Shown here piece by piece: positions 53,573 to 64,000 of a stretch of DNA of 64,000 bases (positions are counted from its first letter, which is position 1; each line of letters starts with the position of its first letter). Under the pieces are notes generated by a model. The model made no database searches, was not told the origin of the DNA, and saw only the letters and a program-made list of their open reading frames with translations. The position numbers and the translations under genes are program-made. This DNA is from Octopus sinensis. Taxonomy: Eukaryota. Location of the stretch: contig NC_043017.1 in assembly GCF_006345805.1 (NCBI RefSeq), positions 11,284,001 through 11,348,000 on the forward strand. Reading direction: 5' to 3'.

Positions 53573-53937
53573 TTGTGTGGAGAGTACTGAGATTAGAAGA
53601 GGTTCAACAGTATCCTGTGTGTGGAAGGATGTAAGTCTACACATTGCTGGTGAGGGGGGGGCAGTGGTGCAGGTTTGTTGTGGCTAAAAGGTCGGAGGGG
53701 TAGTCGAGTAGTGTGGCTGTGATGGTGATGTTGATGGTAATGGTGGTGGTGGTGGTGGTGAAGCTGCAGCAGGGTCGGGGTGGGACGTATGGCTCGGGCT
53801 CTTTTGATAGGGCAATTATGATCGCTGTCACATTAAACACCACACCAATATTCATACACCCACCGACGCCCACACCCACATATATATAGTTATATATATA
53901 TATTATATATATATATATATATATATGTACACGTAGA

Positions 53938-53958
53938 TTACGTAAAAGGTTATATAAG
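53938..53958 (+). promoter_or_regulatory. Possible core promoter of the sushi gene (TTACGTAA palindrome + TATATAAG)
   Basis: TTACGTAA at 53938-53945 (bZIP-type site) and a TATA-like TATATAAG at 53951-53958, about 950 bp upstream of the signal-peptide ATG. Motif match only, next to a (TA)n tract. Confidence 0.25.
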
Positions 53959-54771
53959 AAAAGAGCGGAGCCTGAGGAAACTCAGAGTACCTTGTGAAGT
54001 CAAAGAGCACAAACAAGGAACTGCAAAGTGAAAGAAGAAAAATACACACACACAAACTTCTGTTTATTTATTATTAACAAGCTATCTTCCTTCTACTACT
54101 TCTGTAACACAATAATAATAATAATAATAATAATTATAATTATAATAACGATGATCATTTGTTCATATCTATAAAGCAAGTCAAGCCAAAGAACACAACA
54201 GTAACAACAAGATCAATCTCATCCACAAGAGCAGTAACAACAACAATAGCAGTCATAATAATAATTATTTTTATTATTATTATTTTTATTATAAGCAAAA
54301 CTGAAAAGAACTACAATAACAAAGGCAAAATAACATGAGTTGTTGGAGGTCGTAATATTATCATTGGCAAAATCTGTAAAGACGAGAAAAAGCAGAAAAA
54401 TGGAAGACGATAAAGATGTGATAATAATAATAGTAGTAGTAGTAGCAGCAGCAGCAATAATAATGACAATAATAACAATAATAAATCAATTTCGAATGAA
54501 GAGAATAGAAAAACAGCAAGAAACTTTGAAAACACAATCTTCTGTTGTAATCAGTGAAATCAGAGAGGGAGAAGAAGAGAAAGAATAAGGAGAGAAAGAA
54601 TAAGAGAGAAAGAAAGAGAAAAGGAGAAGAGAAAGGAGAGAGAGAGAGAGAAGAAGAGTAAATTAAAAGGCAAAGGAAAAAGAAAAGAAGGGAAGAACTG
54701 AAGGACAAAAAAAAGTAACAAACCTACACACACAGTTACACGTGTATATATACACAGACATACACACACAT

Positions 54772-54806
<35 letters not shown>

Positions 54807-54909
54807 AATATATAAATACTCTCATATACAGAGCAAACTGTAAAATATACAGTGAGAGAGAGAGAGAGAGAGGAAGAGAGAAAAGAGAGAGAGTAGTAAA
54901 GTGGCTGAA

Positions 54910-55006
54910 ATGGTTAAATTCCAAGGCAAAATGGATTTGTATTTCTGTCTATTTCTGATTCTGGCATTTGTGGAGAAATTGTTTGTTGAAGGAGCCATTA
55001 TTGGAG
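54910..55006 (+). CDS. Signal-peptide exon of a secreted sushi/CCP-domain protein
   Basis: In-frame ATGs at 54910 and 54931. MVKFQGKMDLYFCLFLILAFVEKLFVEGAIIG has a hydrophobic core and a plausible VEG/A cleavage site. Phase-1 donor g|gtaaga joins in frame to exon 61326. Confidence 0.7.
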
Positions 55007-55506
55007 GTAAGACTTTTTGTTTTTGTTTTTGTTTGTTGGTTGGTTGGTTGGTTGGTTGGTTGGTTGGTTGGTTTGGTTGGGGAGGTAGTCTGAGGGTTTG
55101 AGAGGTTTGCAAATTTTTGATTTTGGTTTTCATTTTATTGATCACTAAACATTGAGTATAAAATGTTTTATATCTGTGTGTGTCATTAGGTATATGTGTA
55201 TGTGAGAGGATATATATATGTGTGTGTGTGTGTGTGCGTGTGTGTGTGTGTGCATGTGTGTATATGTTTGTCTGCCTGTATGTATATATATATATATATA
55301 TATATAGTCATCATCATCATCATCGTCGTTTAGCGGCCGTTTTCCATGCTAGCATGGGTTGGACGGTTCTACTGGGGTCTGTGAAGCCAGAAGGCTTCAT
55401 CAGGCCCAGTCAAATCTGGCAGTGTTTCTACGGCTGGATGCCCTTCCTAACGCGTTTACGTATTTGTTGTGCAAGATTTTTTATGTGAAGTCGTGTGTTG
55501 AAACAG

Positions 55507-55643
55507 ATATTGTTATATTTCGGAATAGTCATTTTGCCAGTTTAGCCAATAAAAACACACGCACTATATATTTGGTGTAACACCAAATATATAGTGCATG
55601 TGTTTTTATTGGCTAAACTGGCAAAATGACTATTCTGAAATAT

Positions 55644-55651
<8 letters not shown>
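55507..55651. repeat. Near-perfect hairpin: 71-bp arms, 3-nt loop
   Basis: 55507-55577 pairs with 55581-55651; only G55522/T55636 and C55560/A55598 deviate; loop TAA. Confidence 0.93.
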
Positions 55652-55684
<33 letters not shown>

Positions 55685-56179
55685 CAAGTCTCTATGAATA
55701 TGTACATATGTATTTATGCATGTACATCCATACATATGAATGTATGCATATTTATATGAATGTAGGTATGTACATTACAAAAAAAAAACCCACATGAATG
55801 CCACCTTTGTAAAGTGTCTTTTGACATAGTCCTGGCTTGACCAATGCCTTGTGAATGGAATTGTGCATCATATATCTACATGTGTAAATAGGAGAAGATG
55901 TATGTGTGTTTATTCTTGAAAGTGGCTGCAAATGACACGTGTCTCACAATTTTTGAAATTTTGTTGCTATAGATACATGCCTGACTGTATGATGAAGTTT
56001 GCTTTTGCAACCATGTGGCACTTTGGGGAAGGGCCTTTTACAATATCCCTGAGGGATAATCAGTGCCTTGTGAAAGGATCAGATTGGTGGAAACTGTATG
56101 GAAGACTATCATATCAAAGTGGTATCAAAAGGGTCTTGGACTAGTTGTGTTTAATAAAAAATAACTTATTTACCAAAGA

Positions 56180-56530
56180 TTAAACATCATCTCCTTCAAA
56201 ATAGTAACCTTGCACAGCAAAGCACCAATTCCAGTGTGGCTGCCACTTTTGGAATCTGACCCGGAAGTCATTTTCCATAAGTGAGTTGAGAACCTTTTGC
56301 AATTCATGCTTGGTCTCAACAACAGCGTTAAAATGCTGACTTTTGAGCCAGATTTTCATCTTGGGGAAGAGATGGAATTCTGCTGGTGCTGAATTTGGCA
56401 AATAGGACAGGTGCAGAAGTGATGCCATGTTGTTTTTGGTGAGAAACTCATGAATTACGAGAGATTGGTGACAGGGTACATTGTCGTCATGAAGAATCCA
56501 ATTCTTCATGCTTCACAGACCCAGTTGCTT
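56180..56530 (-). mobile_element. mariner transposase C-terminal fragment
   Basis: WILHDDNVPCH...YLPNSAPAEFHLFPKMK...QKWQPHWNWCFAVQGYYFEGD shows decayed HDNA.PH, YSPDLAP.DF.LF and G.YFE motifs. Confidence 0.85.
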
Positions 56531-56604
56531 TTGTCGAATCTCTCCCTTCAAATGCTTCAAAACGTTGAACAGAGCCATCTCCCTGGCGGGATTAGTAATT
56601 TGTC

Positions 56605-57620
56605 TGTTTTCCAACTTATTAGGACTTTGGTCTTTGCTAAATAAACTCTAAGGCCCTTTTGATTCCAGATCTTGCTTCCACATCTGAAATTTCCTCTCTA
56701 GTTCTAGTAGGGAATCAGCTATAAGAACAAGGTCATCAATATAGAGAAGCTCCCAGTTGCAACCAGTCTTGAATTCTTCTTTGATGGCCTGGAGGACTAT
56801 GATAAACAAGAAAGGGGCTGAGAACCAATCCTTGGTGGACTCCTACTTGTACACTAAACTCATTGCTATACTCATTGCCAACCCTCACCTTACTGATAGC
56901 ATCCCTGTACACTGCTTATACAGCTCTCATCAACCACTCATCTATCCCTAGCTTCCACATTGACCACCAGATAAGGGATCATGGGACCTTGTTGAAGGCT
57001 TTCTCCATGTCAACAGAAGCCAAGTACAGAGGTGTATTTTTGGCTAAATGCTTCTCCTATAGTTACCAGGGAGATAACACCAGAAGTGCTTATCGCAGAT
57101 ACAAGACGAAACTGCCTCTCATCTAGACGAACTCTCTTCCTAATTAATTAAGCTATGACCCTCTCCATCACTTTCATTGCCTAGTCCAACAATTTGATGC
57201 TTCTGTGATATTTCTGTGCAAAATACCACCTTTTTTTCCTGATGGGCCAGAGGCTTTCTCTGCCTTCATATCCTTAATTGCTTTATCTACCAAGCTATTG
57301 TTGATTCAGATAGCTGGTCCCTCTGTTGGGTTCACATTAGGCAAACTCTCCTTCGCCCATGCATTCTCTACATTTAGCAGCCTTTCGTACTGGCATTTCC
57401 GAGTCCCTTTCTTTACAGAATCACAAACTGCAAGTGATTCGTCATCCATATAAACATACTTCTATCTTACAACATCTCAATTTTCTCTCACACACTGTCT
57501 TGTAATCTGAAACACCTCAAGCCTCTGGTCCTCACGCCACAGAACATTGGCAAACTTCTTCCTTTCTGCTTCTCCCCTGGCTAAATATTGCTGTCTTCTA
57601 TGATATAAACCACTTATCAG
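56605..57620 (-). mobile_element. RTE-clade LINE reverse transcriptase remnant
   Basis: Minus strand with stops and frameshifts: KLLD*AMKVMERV, VDMEKAFNKVP, VGVHQG-LVLSPFLFIIV, WELLYIDDLVLIA, GLRVYLAKTK (RT motifs A, B and C; YADD decayed). Confidence 0.85.
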
Positions 57621-57732
57621 GAAATGGTCTGGATTGAAACCATCAATTAAAATTTCATGTTAATTTATGTTTGAAGCACCAGCTTAATTAATAACAAAGT
57701 TATTTTACTAAGTTTTTCATTAATTTCAAATT

Positions 57733-58144
57733 AGTGGCTGTGTGGTAAGTAGCTTGCTAACCAACCACATGCTTCCGGGTTCAGTCCCACTGCGTGGCAA
57801 CTTGGGCAAGTGTCTTCTGCTATAGCCCCAGGCCGACCAATGCCTTGTGAGTGGATTTGGTAGACGGAAACTGAAAGAAGCCTGTCGTATATATGTGTAT
57901 ATATATAAGTGTGTGTGTATATGTTTGTGTGTCTGTGTTTGTACCCCTAGCATTGCTTGACAATCGATGCTGGTGTGTTTACGTCCCCGTCACTTAGCGG
58001 TTCGGCAAAAGAGACCGATAGAATAAGTACTGGGCTTACAAAGTATAAGTCCCGGGGTCGATTTGCTTGACTAAAGGCGGTGCTCCAGCATGGCCACAGT
58101 CAAATGACTGAAACAAGTAAAAGAGTAAAAGAGTAAAAGAGAGT
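57733..58144 (+). mobile_element. Family A SINE inserted into a longer piggyBac-like MITE
   Basis: The MITE-like sequence before 57733 resumes after 58144 and ends GGTAACGAAAGGGTTAA at about 58198. Confidence 0.8.
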
Positions 58145-58489
58145 ATTTGAAGCAAAGATGGTGTATTTCAAGACAAATATGGTAACGAAAGGGTTAAAGT
58201 GATCCAAATAAAAACCTTCCATCGAAATTTCATGTTAAGTTCCAATCACCAGCTTAATAACAACAAAGTTAATTACTAAATTCTTCATTAATTTCAAAAT
58301 TAATTGGAACAATGGCAGAATATTTCAATAGAAATACAGTAGTAACAAATGGATTAATTTAAGTAAAATATTTCGGGCAGGATTTGAACCTGTATTAGAT
58401 CCATAAAAATGTGAGCTGAATGTTGTTTTTTTATTGTGTTTTATTTTCATTTTTGTAATATTTTTTAGTATAACATTTCATAGTTTTAC

Positions 58490-58492
58490 ACG

Positions 58493-58527
<35 letters not shown>

Positions 58528-58646
58528 GCACCAGTTTTGATTCTAATGAATTACAATCTCAAAAAAAATGGTTACAAGTGACTTTTGGACAGTCACTTAG
58601 TGCATGTGTATATAAACGCACACACACACCCACTCACACACATACA

Positions 58647-58680
<34 letters not shown>

Positions 58681-59711
58681 TATAATATATATGTGTGTGT
58701 GTGTATATAATATTAAATATGTTTTAAAATACATGGACTGTTTACGGAGTGCTCATAGAGAGCCAAGGCATAAAAATATAGAGTAGAGGAAATTGAAAAC
58801 ACAAATTTTAGGCAGTCAAACAGATTCCCGAATGCATAAATGAAATTATTCAACGAAAGGACAGAGAAGCACGTAGACCACACGTCATTCTGAAGTGTAT
58901 GTATCCTGAGTTCAAACATCAAGCTATTAGTATCGCTATGCCTAGGTGAAATCATATAATATATATATATATATATATATATAGGCGCAGGTGTGGCTGT
59001 GTGGTAAGTAGCTTGCTTACTAACCACATGGTTCCGGATTCAGTCCCACTGCGTGGCATCTTGGGCAAGTGTCTTCTACAATAGACTCGGGCCGACCAAA
59101 ACCTTGTGAGTGGATCTGGTAGACGGAAACTGAAAGAAGCCCGTCGTATATATGTATATATATATATGTGTGCGTGTATGTTTGTGTGTCTGTGTTTGTC
59201 CCCCTAGCATTGCTTGACAACCGATGCTGGTGTGTTTATGTCCCCGTCACTTAGCAGTTCGGCAAAAGAGACCGATAGAATAAGTACTGGGCTTACAAAG
59301 AATAAGTCCCGGGGTCGAGTTGCTCGATTAAAGGCGGTGCTCCAGCATGGCCGCAGTCAAATGACTGAAACAAGTAAAAGAGAAAAAGAGAGAATAGGTT
59401 CAGGTGTGGCTGTATGGTAAGAAGTTTACTTCCTAACCATGTGGTTCTGGGTTCAGTCCTTTTGCATGGCACCTTGAGCAAGTGTCTTCTACTATAGCCT
59501 CAGGCCAACCAATGCCTTTGAGTGGATTTGGTAAATGGAAACTGAAAGAAGCCTATCACACACACACCACACACACACACACACGCACAGGCACCAGTTT
59601 TGATTCTAATGAATTACAATCTCAAAAAAAATGGTTACAAGTGACTTTTGGACAGTCACTTAGTGCATGTGTATATAAACGCACACACACACCCACTCAC
59701 ACACATACATG

Positions 59712-59753
<42 letters not shown>

Positions 59754-60022
59754 TATAATATATATGTGTGTGTGTGTATATAATATTAAATATGTTTTAA
59801 AATACATGGACTGTTTACGGAGTGCTCATAGAGAGCCAAGGCATAAAAATATAGAGTAGAGGAAATTGAAAACACAAATTTTAGGCAGTCAAACAGATTC
59901 CCGAATGCATAAATGAAATTATTCAACGAAAGGACAGAGAAGCACGTAGACCACACGTCATTCTGAAGTGTATGTATCCTGAGTTCAAACATCAAGCTAT
60001 TAGTATCGCTATGCCTAGTGAA

Positions 60023-60062
<40 letters not shown>

Positions 60063-60650
60063 CGCAGGTGTGGCTGTGTGGTAAGTAGCTTGCTTACTAA
60101 CCACATGGTTCCGGATTCAGTCCCACTGCGTGCATCTTGGGCAAGTGTCTTCTACAATAGACTCGGGCCGACCAAAACCTTGTGAGTGGATCTGGTAGAC
60201 GGAAACTGAAAGAAGCCCGTCGTATATATGTATATATATATATATGTGTGCGTGTATGTTTTGTGTGGTCTGTGTTTGTCCCCCTAGCATTGCTTGACAA
60301 CCGATGCTGGTGTGTTTATGTCCCCGTCACTTAGCAGTTCGGCAAAAGAGACCGATAGAATAAGTACTGGGCTTACAAAGAATAAGTCCCGGGGTCGAGT
60401 TGCTCGATTAAGGCGGTGCTCCAGCATGGCCGCAGTCAAATGACTGAAACAAGTAAAAGAGAAAAAGAGAGAATAGGTTCAGGTGTGGCTGTATGGTAAG
60501 AAGTTTACTTCCTAACCATGTGGTTCTGGGTTCAGTCCTTTTGCATGGCACCTTGAGCAAGTGTCTTCTACTATAGCCTCAGGCCAACCAATGCCTTTGA
60601 GTGGATTTGGTAAATGGAAACTGAAAGAAGCCTATCACACACACACACAC
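58490..60650. repeat. Tandem duplication of about 1.06 kb bounded by (CA)n tracts
   Basis: GGCACCAGTTTTG occurs at 58527 and 59590 (offset 1063); each copy carries one full and one partial family A SINE. Confidence 0.9.
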
Positions 60651-61325
60651 ACATCTATGTCTATATGTTATTGTGCCAATGTTCGTCTCACATCACCATT
60701 TGACAACTGGTGCTGGTTTGTTTGCATCCCCGTAACTTAGCAGTTCAACAAAAAGAAACTAATAGAATAAGTCTCAGGCTTTACAAAAATATAACAAATA
60801 TTGCACATTCTAAAAATAAACAATCACATCATCGAAATCTGGAAACTCTGAGATAAAGCATGAAATAAGAATTACATCTGACATGCTAAGGGGTTAATCC
60901 TTCAGCATTTAAACCAGCTATATCTGGCCAAAGTATTCAACCTGTTTTATGTTCAAGATCAGTGAGATCCACCCTCTCACACATACCCTACAATGTCATT
61001 CTAAAAATAGACAATCACACCATCAAAATCTTGAAGCTAGAAGATGATCCAGGATTAATTCAAAACAATGTAAATTGCATTTGACAGATTAATCATCATC
61101 ATCATCATCATCATCGTTTAACGTCCATTCTCCATGCTAGCATGGGTTGGACAGTTCGACCGGGGATCTGGGAAGCCAGAAGGCTGCACCAGGCTCCATT
61201 CTTATCTGGCAATGTTTCTACAGCTGGATGCCCTTCCTAACGCCAACCACTCCGTGAGTGTAGTGGGTGCTTTTTACGTGCCATCTGATTGCTAATTCAT
61301 ATAATTACTCTTTTCTTCTCTTCAG

Positions 61326-61511
61326 GGAACTGCACTTTACCAGACATCCAGAATGGATTATTTTTACACTTAAACGCTGATGAACCAAAGATAATTCGTC
61401 CTAATGAAATAGTTTACGCAAGTTGTAACAAGGGTTACAGCTTGGATGGTTCACCAGAAATTATTTGTCGTAATGGATTATGGACGCCGAATCTACCTGT
61501 CTGTCAACCAA
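61326..61511 (+). CDS. Sushi/CCP domain exon 1
   Basis: ctcttcag / gtaagt, phase 1-1. NCTLPDIQNG...ASCNKGYSLDGSPEIICRNGLWTPNLPVCQP has the four Cys, GY.L.G and the conserved Trp of a CCP module. Confidence 0.92.
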
Positions 61512-62214
61512 GTAAGTATTGTGACATGATTCCAGTGTAAATATCCATAGCCTGAGGAAGCTGTCCATGTGCAAAAAGGGTTGCCAAGCTGCTGTTGCCG
61601 CCGCCGCCAACTATCCGTTTCTTCTCACCTGTCAGTTTGATTAAGAACAGGTATTCCTTATTAGCAATTGGTGCAAATTATTGAACACACTAATTTATTG
61701 GAGGAGAATAACCCATGAGGTACCCACTTCCCTTCTCTATAAACTTTTCTAATATGTTTGAGATGATCTTGCACAATGGACCAAAATTTATTTCGCTCCC
61801 AGGATACTTTGACATTTAATTCTCTTCAATTACAATTTGCTTCAAATTTCATTACATTTTTGTATCTCTAATCCATACATACAATTGTACGTATACACAC
61901 ACATACATGTATGAGTGTATGTATAGGGCCGTTTCATCATGTTGAACTTTTAACCCCTACACATTTTTGTCTTTTCTCCATTTTTTTCAGTCTCTTTCCT
62001 TTTTTCCCTCTCAGTCCTTTCTGCTGAAGAGCATAGGCTCAAAACATCAAAGACATTTCCGTTTTTCCCAAACACCAAACTAATACACCTGCTTGTTGTT
62101 CCCTCGCCACTCTTCATCTTTTGTTTTCTCTAAATTTAAACTATATACATGTGTGTGTGTGTGTGTGTATATATATTTATACAAACCTCAATATGAATGT
62201 AATTTCTCTTCCAG

Positions 62215-62397
62215 AAAAATGTTCTGTAGTTTCCATACCCAATGGCATCATTACATCAAACAGTTCCTCGACCGAACCAATCTCACACAAGACCTACATT
62301 TACATAAAATGTTCGCCGGGTTTTCTTTTAGATGGAACAAGTTCTCTGTTTTGTAACTTTGGTAAATGGTCCTCAGAAATACCTTCCTGTGTTCCAA
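62215..62397 (+). CDS. Sushi/CCP domain exon 2 (gene continues beyond the window)
   Basis: ctcttccag / gtaagt, phase 1-1. KCSVVSIPNG...IKCSPGFLLDGTSSLFCNFGKWSSEIPSCVP has the CCP Cys/Trp pattern. Confidence 0.92.
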
Positions 62398-62486
62398 GTA
62401 AGTTGTCCATGTTTTTGTTTCATTTCTAAAAATTAATGTCTTTATTTCTAAAAGAAAAAGAAAAAACAGAAATTTTTTTACACATA

Positions 62487-62885
62487 GGAGGAGCGGCTGT
62501 GTGGTAAGTAGCTTGTTTTACCAACCACATGGTTTCGGGTTCAGTCCCACTGCGTGGCATCTTGGGCAAGTGTCTTCTACTATAGCCTCAGGCCGACCAA
62601 AGCCTTGTGAGTGGATTTGATAGACGGAAACTGAAAGAAGCCCGTCGTATATGTGTGTATATATATATATGCCTGTGTGTGTTTGTGTGTGTCCCCCTAG
62701 CATTGCTTGACAACCGATGCTGGTGTGTTTACGTCCCCGTTACTTAGCGGTTCGGCAAAAGAGACCGATAGAATAAGTACTGGGCTTACAAAATAATAAG
62801 TCCCGGGGTCGAGTTGCTCGATTAAAGGCAGTGCTCCAGCATGGCCGCAGTCAAATGACTGAAACAAGTAAAAGAGTAAAAGAGA
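62487..62885 (+). mobile_element. Family A SINE, near full length
   Basis: Head, core and (TAAAAGAG)n tail as in the other copies. Confidence 0.85.
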
Positions 62886-63109
62886 ATATGTGTGTGTGTC
62901 AGTATGTGTGTGTGTGTGTGTGCGAAAATTTTTCATGGCTATAATTCTAAGTTTCCACCATATAAGTCTAATACTGGGGCATATCAACCCATGGAAAAGA
63001 AACGGATATTAATACACATGGAACTGGCCCCATGCCTATTGTTTTTGCGATAAATATGCCACTGATCTATGAGGTCATCAGTTTCATTTCTGGCAGCACA
63101 CTGTGTCAT

Positions 63110-63510
63110 CATCATTGTCATCATCATCATCATTTAAATGTTCATGTCCTTTGCTAGCATGGGTTTGACGATGACAACGATGATGATGATGATGATAACA
63201 ATGACACTAATAATGATGATGGCGACAACAATGATGACGACAATGATCATGATGATGACAATAATAATGATGATGATGACGACGATGAAAATGATGACTG
63301 GCGACGATGACGATAATAATGATGATGATAATGACGATGATGACAATAATGAAAATGATGACAGTGGCGACAACGATGGCGATGACGATAATAATGATGG
63401 TGATAATGATGATGACGACGATGATGAAAATGATGACAGTGGCGATGACGATGACGATAATAATGATGGTGATAGTGATGATGACGACGACGATGATGAC
63501 AACTGATGAT
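63110..63510. repeat. Degenerate (GAT/GAC/AAT)n trinucleotide tract
   Basis: Low-complexity run that starts inside a family B end fragment; all six frames are low-complexity. Confidence 0.85.
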
Positions 63511-63826
63511 ATCCATTTCATAAGGAAGTCCTCTCTTTTGAATTACACTCCAACGCTCTCGTGATGACCATTATGGTTCTAAGTGATCTCATTAGAGACT
63601 CTGACCACGGCAGACTTACAGCAACGCTTGACCATTCATCTCAATGAGCTCCTTCTGACTCTAATTAATAGGAAAAAAAATTGTTTATTTACTTATCTAT
63701 TTATTTTGCTTTTCATTGACGAATATTTGGAGCATTCATTAAGTGGTTAAGCATAAGTGTTGGATATTGAGTGACAACTTGAGCAGTGTGCTGGGGCATG
63801 AGGTGCTTCTTATCTGGTTAATCTGA

Positions 63827-63921
<95 letters not shown>

Positions 63922-64000
63922 TGCACATCCATGCATATGCACACATACGTATGAGTACACGTGTATATGTATATATATATATATATACGCACATATATAT

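Noticed and set aside
54311-54769. Leu/Phe/Ser-rich and Ile/Glu/Lys-rich ORFs that look like membrane proteins
   Set aside because: Derived from (AAT)n, (GCA)n and AG-rich low-complexity tracts upstream of the sushi gene.
63138-63506. 122-aa Met/Asp/Asn-rich ORF suggesting an acidic biomineralisation-type protein or another exon of the sushi gene
   Set aside because: It is a degenerate (GAT/GAC/AAT)n tract starting inside a retroelement end, has no pyrimidine-rich acceptor, and is open in several frames on both strands simply from low complexity.

Overview
AT-rich, microsatellite- and SINE-dense animal genomic DNA, most likely octopus. That assignment is an inference from repeat families and composition. 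All coordinates and alignments were read by hand. (1) The 3' part of a protein kinase N (PKN/PRK) gene lies on the + strand: 10 GT-AG coding exons from 890 to the TGA at 31379-31381, covering the linker, the kinase domain and the AGC C-tail, with a 20.3-kb intron at 8426-28725. (2) The 5' part of a secreted sushi/CCP-domain gene also lies on +: a signal-peptide exon (54910-55006) and two phase-1 CCP exons (61326-61511, 62215-62397). (3) The rest is mostly transposon material: several tRNA-headed SINE families; RTE, CR1 and Penelope-like fragments; mariner/Tc1 remnants; and piggyBac-, hAT-, Merlin- and Helitron-like non-autonomous elements. The most interesting signals are inside the long PKN intron. 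One is a type I hammerhead-ribozyme fold on the sense strand (9121-9217), with a single A-C mismatch at the junction-closing pair that A-to-I editing could repair. The other is an in-frame candidate alternative terminal exon (16890-17402) that would swap the kinase C-lobe end and AGC tail for 170 unrelated residues. Also notable: head/tail shuffling among SINEs, tandem 184-bp SINE multimers, three near-perfect fold-back hairpins beside (TA)n tracts, and a decayed ~160-bp satellite. No CRISPR array, rRNA or intact tRNA gene was seen.
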